A DNA stretch of 64,000 bases from a virus, in the IMG/VR virus record IMGVR_UViG_3300003267_000132, positions 2,304-66,303 of that record. One strand, 5' to 3'. The stretch's first letter is position 1, and each line of letters opens with the position of its first letter. A program made the position numbers and the translations under genes. The notes beneath the pieces are model-generated. The model was not told the DNA's origin. It saw nothing but the letters and a program-made list of their open reading frames with translations, and did not search any database. This document shows, piece after piece, positions 29,194-37,429 of the stretch.

Positions 29194-29413
29194 CGTTGAT
29201 CTCCTTGTTCAGTGCGGTCAACTCCGCGATGCGTTCCTGCGCAGCAGCGATGGCCTGCTCCGTCGCCCGGTCTCCTTCTTCCATCTGCGCCAGTTCCAGT
29301 TCGACCCGGTGACGCCGGTGTCGTGAAGCGGCGAGATTCGTCTGCAACTGCAAGACCTCGCGTTCCATGTTCAGGATCTCACCGACATAGTCGGGCTTCG
29401 GACCGTCACTCAT
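29186..29413 (-). CDS. Small coiled-coil protein
   Basis: Heptad pattern; overlaps neighbours. Confidence 0.65.
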   Translation of the reverse strand: MSDGPKPDYVGEILNMEREVLQLQTNLAASRHRRHRVELELAQMEEGDRATEQAIAAAQERIAELTALNKEINGG

Positions 29414-29835
29414 GTCCGGAACACCGTCCCCTCGTACAAGGAGACGTCGACCGCGTCACAGCGCACCACCAGTTCCACCTGCACTCCCGGATCGACCAGC
29501 AACTCCACCGGCGAGGTCAGCAGCAACGATTTCGCCGCGGCGTGGATGTAACCCACGAGCTTCGGTATGCCATCCAGTTCGAGCGAGAAGCGGGCGTCGC
29601 CTTCCCCCGCTGCCGTGAACCCGGCGAGGCGAGTAGGTGCTGCGGTTAGGAATGAGATGATTGCCGACGTCTGGGCGGGTACGAGCGTGTCGCTGCCATA
29701 CTCCCATGTCATCGACCCCGCAGGCGCAGCCGCGACGACGATGCTGATCGAGCCGTCGGCATTGATCTGAAGCTCGTCGCCGTCGGCATCGCAGATCTTG
29801 ACGCACCCGCCCGGCCCGATAACCTCAGCCGACAC
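29410..29835 (-). CDS. Hypothetical virion-associated protein
   Basis: LQINADGSI motif of a type seen in phage fiber proteins. Confidence 0.55.
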   Translation of the reverse strand: MSAEVIGPGGCVKICDADGDELQINADGSISIVVAAAPAGSMTWEYGSDTLVPAQTSAIISFLTAAPTRLAGFTAAGEGDARFSLELDGIPKLVGYIHAAAKSLLLTSPVELLVDPGVQVELVVRCDAVDVSLYEGTVFRT

Positions 29836-29853
29836 ATCGAACCTCCCGCGCCA

Positions 29854-30825
29854 TTACGGCAGCTCCCACGCGGTGATCCACAGGTTCATTGTGCTCGATG
29901 CCGACACGGCGAGTATCTGATCTCCCGGCGGCACCAGAGTCCCCCACTTGTTGAAGAGACCCTGCGTGTTCTGCGCGACGCTGAGCGCACCGATTGACGT
30001 CACTGACCCACCAGACTTCTTGTACTTGACCGTCAGCACCGCGGTGGCGTTCGGGTTGAAGCAAGCCGCCAACCCGAAGGACACCCCCGTAAACAGCGCT
30101 CCCTCGACGGTGCTCGGTACGGTGTAGAGCACCACGTCGGCCCCGCTGCCGACGTTGACGATCCCAGTATTGACGACGTTCTCGTCGCTCTCCAGTTCGC
30201 ATGCCAGCACCAAGACGTTGACCGACTGGTCGCTGACGACGCGAAGCGTCTGACCGGCACCGAGCACGGGCAGGATCGTCTGCTGGTTGTCAAGATTCGG
30301 GTTGACCGTGATCTGGGCGAGTTGGTTCGCGGCCACCGCGGAGTCGATGTACAGCTTGACCGTCGCGGTGGAGCCGGTGTTGTTGAACACCTCGACCCGC
30401 TGAAGAACCGCCTTCTTGCCAGCCGGGCAGGTGTAGACGACCGTGTCAGTGGTTACCGCCGTCGTGATCGTCGACGTCGGGTTCTGCTTGCCTCGGATGA
30501 CCGGGAAGAACAGCAGACCGGGGCGCTCCATCGACTCCAGGAAGTCGGGTAGAACGGACACGGTCAGGGTTGCTCGCAGCGTTCCGACGCTGTCCTTGAG
30601 CTTGATCACATGCAGACCTGGCTCGGCAAAGAACGTGAAGTTGCCCAGCACGCCGGTCGACACGATGTTGTTGCCAAGTGCCGTCGCCTTGGTGCGGTCG
30701 GTCCACAGCGTGGATGCTGTCGTGCCGTTGGAGTCGTACACCTCGACGGTGCCGTTGAGTAGGGCTTCGCCATGAATGTCGATGGCGGCTTCCGGGCCGT
30801 ACTGCCCGGCAAAGCGGGTGGTCAT
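29854..30825 (-). CDS. Virion protein: carboxypeptidase-regulatory/Ig-like N-terminus plus two YTxP beta-sandwich domains
   Basis: LWTDRT...GNFTFFAEPG; VYTCPAGKKAVL; VLYTVPS. Confidence 0.65.
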   Translation of the reverse strand: MTTRFAGQYGPEAAIDIHGEALLNGTVEVYDSNGTTASTLWTDRTKATALGNNIVSTGVLGNFTFFAEPGLHVIKLKDSVGTLRATLTVSVLPDFLESMERPGLLFFPVIRGKQNPTSTITTAVTTDTVVYTCPAGKKAVLQRVEVFNNTGSTATVKLYIDSAVAANQLAQITVNPNLDNQQTILPVLGAGQTLRVVSDQSVNVLVLACELESDENVVNTGIVNVGSGADVVLYTVPSTVEGALFTGVSFGLAACFNPNATAVLTVKYKKSGGSVTSIGALSVAQNTQGLFNKWGTLVPPGDQILAVSASSTMNLWITAWELP

Positions 30826-30832
30826 ACCGGCA

Positions 30833-31504
30833 TCACGACGCGCTCAGCGTCTGCGCACCGCAGTGCGGCGTCGGGAGCGAGTTGGTCGGGAGCGACGCAT
30901 AGCAGGACGTGCTCGCCACCGGCCAGTCGTTCCCCGGCCCGTTGAACCAGTTCGGGTTCTCCTGTCCCCACCCGTCCAGCACCGACAGCTGCACGCCGTC
31001 TTCCAGCTTCCGGCCACCGAAGGTCCAGTAGGTGCGGGGGAACACGAACTGCTCGTACGCGAAGGTGTCGTCCCCACCGCCATGCTGTCGTCGCTTCATC
31101 CACACTTCCAGCGACACACCTGACGGGGTGGGGTCGATCCCGACCCGCGGGGCGGCATAGCCGGTGCGCTCCCCCGACCGCAAGACCGTGCCGCCCCGCA
31201 GAAGTTCGAACAACTCGGGGTCGTAGGGACAGATGACCAGGTTCAGCGTGACCCGCTTCAGCAGGTCGTCGGTGCGAAAACTGGCGCAGATGTCGCCCCG
31301 GCCGTTCTTGACCGTGACGTCGGTGCCCTTCTCGACTTCTTCGGTGTACGTCAGTTCGATCATGCCATCGCTGACATACAGGTTGTTCGGTCCTGGTGCC
31401 GGGACGCCGATCGCGTCGAGACGCGCCAGACGGATCGCGCAGGCTTGCAGCACGACGGGACACGTATTCCCCGAATCCGCTGGCGGGCCGACGACGATCG
31501 GCAT
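30833..31504 (-). CDS. Major tail protein paralog B
   Basis: Colinear and highly similar to 31526..32170. Confidence 0.75.
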   Translation of the reverse strand: MPIVVGPPADSGNTCPVVLQACAIRLARLDAIGVPAPGPNNLYVSDGMIELTYTEEVEKGTDVTVKNGRGDICASFRTDDLLKRVTLNLVICPYDPELFELLRGGTVLRSGERTGYAAPRVGIDPTPSGVSLEVWMKRRQHGGGDDTFAYEQFVFPRTYWTFGGRKLEDGVQLSVLDGWGQENPNWFNGPGNDWPVASTSCYASLPTNSLPTPHCGAQTLSAS

Positions 31505-31525
31505 CGAGCATCAGACCCCCGTAGA

Positions 31526-32170
31526 TTACGAAGCAGGAAGCGTGCTGTACCCGCAGTGGATGACCGGCAGGTTGTTGGTCGGCAACGACGCGTAGACCGA
31601 CGTCGACGCGACGGGCCAGTCGTTGCCGGGGCCGTTGAACCAGTTGGGGTTCTCATCGCCCCAGCCGGTGAGGACGGCGATCTGGAAGCCGTCTTCGATC
31701 TTGCGGGAACCGAACGCCCAGTGGGTGCGCGGGAAGATGAACTGCTCGTACTGGAACGTGGGGTCGGGTGAGCCGTTGATGTACCGCTTGCACCACACTT
31801 CCAGCGACACGCCGTTGGGCTGCGGGTCGTTGCCGACGCGCGGCGCGGCATAGCCGACTCGACCACCCGACGCCGTGAGCACGGTGCCGCCGCGGAGCAG
31901 TTCGAACAGTTCCGGGTCGTAGGGACAGATCTGCATGTCGAGGGTCACTCGCTTGAGCAGGTCCGGGCCGCGGAACGTCGCGCAGATGTTGCCGCACGCG
32001 TTCTTGACGGTGATGTCCTCACCCTTCTCCAGTTCTTCGGTGTAGGTGAGTTCGATCAGACCATCGGTCACGTAGAGGTTGTTGGGTCCCGGCTTGGGGA
32101 CGCCGTTGGTGTCAAGGCGAGCGACCCGCATGGCGCACGCCTGCAAGACGGACGGGCAGGTGTTGGACAT
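31526..32170 (-). CDS. Major tail protein paralog A
   Basis: RVARLD..G, KNACGNIC, CPYDPEL, SLEVW and W..GP motifs of cluster-B-like tail tube proteins; good RBS (AAGGAG). Confidence 0.8.
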   Translation of the reverse strand: MSNTCPSVLQACAMRVARLDTNGVPKPGPNNLYVTDGLIELTYTEELEKGEDITVKNACGNICATFRGPDLLKRVTLDMQICPYDPELFELLRGGTVLTASGGRVGYAAPRVGNDPQPNGVSLEVWCKRYINGSPDPTFQYEQFIFPRTHWAFGSRKIEDGFQIAVLTGWGDENPNWFNGPGNDWPVASTSVYASLPTNNLPVIHCGYSTLPAS

Positions 32171-32194
32171 GTCAGGTCGCTCCTTGCGAGGACA

Positions 32195-33085
32195 TTACGA
32201 CGCACCTCCGACGAGGCACTTGGGTAGATCGACTTCGATGGCCAGGTGGCAGCAGGTCGAGAAGTCCACGCCTGCCATCCGCTCTGCCCGCCACTCGATG
32301 TCATTGGTGCCGCGGACCGTTGCTTCTCCGAGGGTGTCGGGGAAGACGACGATCTGACTGCGGCGGACGGTGATCATCGATGTCGCGTAGGCCCACTGCG
32401 ACCCGGCGAGCGCGGGCTGGCCGTACGGACCGGACCCGTCGTATCCCGCGTCAGGGACGACGATGGTGTCGTTGATGGTCAGGATCAGGCCGTTTTCCTT
32501 GCGCAGCGCGCCACCCAGGTTCCACGCCGTGGCGAGTTCGCGGGTGCAGTGGATCATGCCGCGCGCTCCGCATCCGCAGTCGGCCAACCCCTGCTCCAGG
32601 CAGGCCAGGGCGTTGTTGACCGACAACGGCGTTCCTGGGGACGACAGCGTGTCGGACAGCGGTGACGCCAGGTACCTGTTCGGCCACCCCTGCGCGGACG
32701 CCAGCGTGCCCTTCCAGAACTCCGCTGCGATCTGCTTGGACTCGCACGCCAGCAGGGCGCGGGTGGCCCGGCCCTTGAAGTCACGGGCCGACCACCCAAA
32801 GGTCGTGCACTTGTCGCCGGTCCAGACCTGGAACGGCTGCACCTGGACGTTGGACGGGTTGGACGGGATCGTCTTGGACGTCGTCCCGCAGGGGTCGGAA
32901 ACGCCGCCCTGGTTGCACTGCTGCTCCGGGTTGTACGAGTACCCGGTTGCCCAACGAGAGACGTGCCCGTCGACGACGACAGCTTCGTCGACGGGCAGGA
33001 AGTCTCCCGAAAGTGATGCGATGAGTCCGACGCGGGGCGGGACCGCCAGCGGGGAGGGGATCGGTGCCAACGAAGGTGTCGTCAT
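32195..33085 (-). CDS. Second capsid protein (pentamer-type / minor capsid)
   Basis: Directly after the major capsid; PF.V...C, E...W.G, ALACLE, G.IH, GY and AER motifs; RBS GGGAGG. Confidence 0.7.
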   Translation of the reverse strand: MTTPSLAPIPSPLAVPPRVGLIASLSGDFLPVDEAVVVDGHVSRWATGYSYNPEQQCNQGGVSDPCGTTSKTIPSNPSNVQVQPFQVWTGDKCTTFGWSARDFKGRATRALLACESKQIAAEFWKGTLASAQGWPNRYLASPLSDTLSSPGTPLSVNNALACLEQGLADCGCGARGMIHCTRELATAWNLGGALRKENGLILTINDTIVVPDAGYDGSGPYGQPALAGSQWAYATSMITVRRSQIVVFPDTLGEATVRGTNDIEWRAERMAGVDFSTCCHLAIEVDLPKCLVGGAS

Positions 33086-33142
33086 CCGAAATCCTCCCTA
33101 CTGACGGTGCCCGCCTGCGTGTCGTAACGCTGCACCGGTTCC

Positions 33143-34945
33143 TTACGAACCGGAGACGCAGAGGCTGCTCGTGTCGGCAAGGCTTGCGCGCTGGCCGCTC
33201 GGGCAGGTGTCGATGGTGATCTGCAGCGACTCGTGGCCGCGGAAGATCGCCTTCTCGAACGTCTCCGAGAACATCTGGAAGTTGTTCGTCGCGTTGAGCG
33301 TGCTGTCTCGGACCATGCCGAGGTTCAGTTCGCCGCCGTCGAGGAACGTCCACGCACCTTCGTGGAACAGCCAGACGATCGCCTTCGACGGCCAGGGCAG
33401 GAGTTGACCTGCACCCTGGACACCGAAGCCCTGGTTCGGGTTGGCACTGGTGGGTGAGTCCATGGCGAAGGACACGTTGACGCCGAGCGCAGCGAAGAAG
33501 CCGAGCACCGTCGACTCTGCCACCGCCCACTGCTCGTCGGTCGTGCCCAGGCCGGGAGCCTGCCGCGCGATGTCGGCCCGCATGTTGCCGAGCAGCCACC
33601 GCGGCATGATGAGCCGCATCGGGGTCGCCGGGTCCATGCGGTGGCGGTAGCGGTAGGCCTCGACGGCCCGGCCGAGTTCCGCCAAGACTTCCGGCGTCGT
33701 TCCGACGATCTGCGCGCCGGAAGTCGTCGCCGTCGATCCGTCTGCGATCTGCTTCAGGATCGTCGCCTCACCGAGGCGAGAGTGCACCGCGTCGACGGTC
33801 TCCAGGTACTGCGCAATCTGCTCCGGGAAGAACCGCGACTGGAAGTTGCCGAACTGCACGATCGACGTCACCGCGTCGACGGTGTCTTCCTGCACCGACT
33901 GACACACGAAGGTGGCGTGCGGCTTGGTCGTCGGGCTGGTCGGGTTGGCGTCGTTGGCCGCCGTCCAGATGGACGCCGGAGCGTCCGCGGTGACCTGGGC
34001 GAGGGTGTGCGGACGGATGTACCGCAGACCGCCGCGGGAAGCACCGAACTGGGCCAGGCCGTCACGGACCGGACGAGCCGCCGAACTGATGTTGATGACG
34101 TTGTAGTCGACCGCCACCGGAGCGCAGATACCACCCGACGCCACCAGCGCCTCGCGACCGGCTACCGCGTCCAGCTTCCGTTCGTTGTTGATCTCGTTCT
34201 CGTCGAGCCACCGCTCGTCCGGGTACTGGACCTTGATCTGACCGAGGTAGATCAGTTCTGAGTCGGACGGACCGGCGGTCGCCTTGCGGACGGCTTCGAA
34301 CTTGCGGACGACACCGCGCGCCCACTGCTCGGGATCGACCGGCTGACCAGCACTCATGCCAGGAACGTCCGCCGACGCCACCAGGACCGGGCGGGATGCC
34401 CGGGAAGTGGCGGTCGGGACCGGCTTGTGGGCAGGCGCACGCCGCGCCGCGAGCCGGGTGATCGACGGAAGCGCGGACGCCGCGACCGGCTGACGCACTT
34501 CACCCTCGACTGCGGGCTGGGTCTCGACTGCTTCCCCGCCGCCGTCCGCACCCTCGGTACCGTCGGGCGGGTTGACCTCGACCGGGCCGTCGCCACCGGG
34601 TTCTGCCGGAGGCGTCTCGGTGTCACCACCGTCGCCACCGTCACCTGCACCGGGGTCCGGGTCTTCGGCTGCGACCGGAGCGATCTGCTCCAGAAGCGCC
34701 TGCGCTGCGGCGGCGCGTTCCTGCTGCGCTGTCGTACGCGTCTCGATCTCGGTACGGATCAGCTGTGACGCCTGCGCGGCCTCGGTGAGCACCGCGATGT
34801 CGTCGTCGGTCGCCGACGTCGGGTCGATGTCGCTGGCGATGGCCGCGACCCTGGACTGGAGATCCGACAGTTCCTCGTCGGAAAGGGGGTTGGCCTGCTC
34901 GGTGTCGGTCAGGCGCTGAAGAAGCTCAAGAAGCTCCGGGTCCAT
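33143..34945 (-). CDS. Major capsid protein (hexamer-type) with N-terminal scaffold-like domain
   Basis: ALVASGGICAP, RGGLRY, FPEQI and LNLGMVRDSTLNATN motifs; start moved to ATG 34945 (RBS GGAGGGAG). Confidence 0.88.
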   Translation of the reverse strand: MDPELLELLQRLTDTEQANPLSDEELSDLQSRVAAIASDIDPTSATDDDIAVLTEAAQASQLIRTEIETRTTAQQERAAAAQALLEQIAPVAAEDPDPGAGDGGDGGDTETPPAEPGGDGPVEVNPPDGTEGADGGGEAVETQPAVEGEVRQPVAASALPSITRLAARRAPAHKPVPTATSRASRPVLVASADVPGMSAGQPVDPEQWARGVVRKFEAVRKATAGPSDSELIYLGQIKVQYPDERWLDENEINNERKLDAVAGREALVASGGICAPVAVDYNVINISSAARPVRDGLAQFGASRGGLRYIRPHTLAQVTADAPASIWTAANDANPTSPTTKPHATFVCQSVQEDTVDAVTSIVQFGNFQSRFFPEQIAQYLETVDAVHSRLGEATILKQIADGSTATTSGAQIVGTTPEVLAELGRAVEAYRYRHRMDPATPMRLIMPRWLLGNMRADIARQAPGLGTTDEQWAVAESTVLGFFAALGVNVSFAMDSPTSANPNQGFGVQGAGQLLPWPSKAIVWLFHEGAWTFLDGGELNLGMVRDSTLNATNNFQMFSETFEKAIFRGHESLQITIDTCPSGQRASLADTSSLCVSGS

Positions 34946-35353
34946 GTGTACGGACTCCCTCCGTGTCATGTCTTCACTTCGGACACAGAGACGGAGCTTG
35001 GTCGACAGCTGCCAGGCGGCCATCGTCCTTGATGGGCGCTCTGCTAGGCCGGGCGTCGCTCAAGGTCTCGGCGCGCAAGATACACGGCGCGTCGCAAGAA
35101 GTCGTGGACCCTTTCGGGATCAGTCGTCTGCGGTGGGCAGGACCGGGTGCAACCAGTAGGGCACGGTGGGGTGCGCGGCACCCAGCATGACCCGCATCTG
35201 CTCAGCGACCTGGCGGTCCGCGATGTCGGGCGACTGGCGAGTCTTGGTCGGCCCGTCGACGACGTACCAGGCGATCGGAGGGCGGATGGTCAGGCGGTGT
35301 CGCCCCGACGTCGTGATCGAAGCGTTCCTGCCCACGGACTCGTAGGGTAGCGG

Positions 35354-35500
35354 CTACTCGTCGGGTTGTGTCAACGGCTCTTCGCCAGCATCGCCGAAAG
35401 ATGGGACGCCGAGCAGGACCGGCATCTCACCTCTCTCGATCTGCTGGATGCGGAGCCACATCTTGCAGTCCGTCGCACCGCAGACCGGGCACGGTTCCAT
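35354..35500 (-). CDS. 48-aa hypothetical protein (CPVCG)
   Basis: Hand translation; TGATG overlap with the protease stop codon. Confidence 0.45.
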   Translation of the reverse strand: MEPCPVCGATDCKMWLRIQQIERGEMPVLLGVPSFGDAGEEPLTQPDE

Positions 35501-37407
35501 CAGGTGTTGACCGGGGTCAGCGCGTCACCGTTGAGCGAGGCGATCAGGTGCTCGGCTGCCTGCCCGCGGACCGCGCTGGTGACCCGCTCTGCCCGATCGA
35601 GTCGTTCCCGCAACGCCGCGACTTCGGCGCGCAGTGAGTGCACGGCTTCTTCCCATGGCAGGGGACGGGGGACGATGCCCGCGGCGACGAGTGCTGTGAC
35701 ATGCCCGTCAGACCACCCCATCTTGGGCATCATTGGCGCGCCGGACGCGGCGATGGGGAACCCTTGGACCGGGACCGACAGGACCGCCAGCAGTTCCAGT
35801 CCTTCGCCGGGGACGACTTCGCGCCAGTCACCCGACAGACCTTGCGCGCAGAACTCGCGGATCTGTTCGTCGGTCACGCCGGGTCGGAGCGCACCCGCAC
35901 ACCAGATGCCGTGCTTGTCTTCACCCGCGGTCACGTCGGCCATCTGGACCGCACCGGGACCGCCGTCGTAGTGAGCCTTGGCGAGCTTCGCTCCCAAGCT
36001 CGGGGAGTCGGAGGCGTGCCCGCAGCCCATTGTCAACTGGCCGACCCGGACCGTCGTGCCTTCCTTGGTCACCAGCGCGCCGGTCGTGAAGAAGGCGTAC
36101 CCCGACCGGGAGTGGGGCGGACGCACGCACTTGTTGGCGAATCCGGTGTGGCACGACTCCCACGCCGCGATGTGTCCGTAGACGCGACCTTCCGGCGTGA
36201 CCGTCAGCGGCGTCGGCTTGGTCAGGTGCGGGTCTTCGAACCACTCGGCGGGGGGACGCAGCGGTGCTGCCGCGGCGGCCAGCGGTGCTGCGGATGTCGA
36301 CATGTTGTTGCTGACTCCGCTGGCGACCCATGCGCCATTGGTGGCCTTGAACGTCGTCCGAATCGCTTCGCTGACGGTCGACGACTGCGCACCTGGGGCA
36401 TTGAGGTCGATGCGGATGACGCCACCGGTGGCTTGCTGTTCGCAGTCGACGCACGGCTCGCCAGCAGCGTTGACCGTCTGCTGGTTGAGTTCGATAAAGG
36501 CGTCTTCGAACGCGGGGAATGGGGTGCCGGTCAGACCCATCACCCGGATCAGCGAGAACCGCATCTCGCCGTCGATGCAGTACCCGTCCTCATCGACGTC
36601 GGTGCAGATCATCTCACCTTCGGCTTCGGCGACGTCGATGCTGACACCGAAGCGGCCGCGCGCCGAGATGATGTCGCGGAACTGGCGACCGGCGTCGTTG
36701 TCGTCGAAGGTTCCTGCACCGACGGCGACCTCCCCGATCATGCCGACGCTGGTAATGGCCCCGGCCAAGACCGCGCCGAAGTGACCGATCTCGGTTTCGG
36801 TCTGGAGCATCAACGGCATCGGGCAGTCGCGGAACTCGATGGCTCCTGATTCGATGAAGCGACCGTCGCCGGTCGAGCGGTTCTCGAACGCCATGTCGCT
36901 GCGCCACAGTTCGGGGAGCACCCCGCCCTGCTGCATGGTCTGACCGATCTTGGCCACCGCTTCCTGGTAGGTCCCGAAGGAACCCGCGGGAGCACCCTCC
37001 TTGTCGTACAGCGTCCACGACTCGGGGTGATCGTCGTCACCCGGCACCTGCTCGACACCCCACGGCGATCCGAGCACGGTCATGGCCGCGGTCAACGACT
37101 CGTAGACGGGGCCAGGCGCCTCTGTGCCGGTCCTGACGAACCCCGCGGCACCCAGCGGTCCCTCGACCGGGACGGCGGGGAGACGCATGCCGTGGTCATG
37201 GCCATGGTGGGCGTCCCCGTTGTGGGAGTGCATGTGTTCGTGGGTCACGTCGCCCCCCTGGGAGCCATACGCGGCGTGCGCGTGGGTGTGCGCGCCATTC
37301 ACCGGGCCGTGGTTGGCCATGACGTCGTCGTGGTCGTGGTCCATGGTCATCTCCGGTACCTCGGTGGCGGTTGCGAGCAACTGGCGGGCACGGTCGACGG
37401 TGGTCAT
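35500..37407 (-). CDS. Capsid maturation protease with His-rich N-terminus
   Basis: STGDGR, P.PLM, GVSID, PAFEDA, GRVYGHIAAWESCH, GEDKHGIW and LSGDWR motifs; lies between portal and major capsid. Confidence 0.8.
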   Translation of the reverse strand: MTTVDRARQLLATATEVPEMTMDHDHDDVMANHGPVNGAHTHAHAAYGSQGGDVTHEHMHSHNGDAHHGHDHGMRLPAVPVEGPLGAAGFVRTGTEAPGPVYESLTAAMTVLGSPWGVEQVPGDDDHPESWTLYDKEGAPAGSFGTYQEAVAKIGQTMQQGGVLPELWRSDMAFENRSTGDGRFIESGAIEFRDCPMPLMLQTETEIGHFGAVLAGAITSVGMIGEVAVGAGTFDDNDAGRQFRDIISARGRFGVSIDVAEAEGEMICTDVDEDGYCIDGEMRFSLIRVMGLTGTPFPAFEDAFIELNQQTVNAAGEPCVDCEQQATGGVIRIDLNAPGAQSSTVSEAIRTTFKATNGAWVASGVSNNMSTSAAPLAAAAAPLRPPAEWFEDPHLTKPTPLTVTPEGRVYGHIAAWESCHTGFANKCVRPPHSRSGYAFFTTGALVTKEGTTVRVGQLTMGCGHASDSPSLGAKLAKAHYDGGPGAVQMADVTAGEDKHGIWCAGALRPGVTDEQIREFCAQGLSGDWREVVPGEGLELLAVLSVPVQGFPIAASGAPMMPKMGWSDGHVTALVAAGIVPRPLPWEEAVHSLRAEVAALRERLDRAERVTSAVRGQAAEHLIASLNGDALTPVNT

Positions 37408-37429
37408 GGCGCCTCCTTGCCCGCCAAGG

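Noticed and set aside
30833-32170. Assembly artefact explaining the duplicated tail gene
   Set aside because: The copies differ at many amino acids and synonymous sites.
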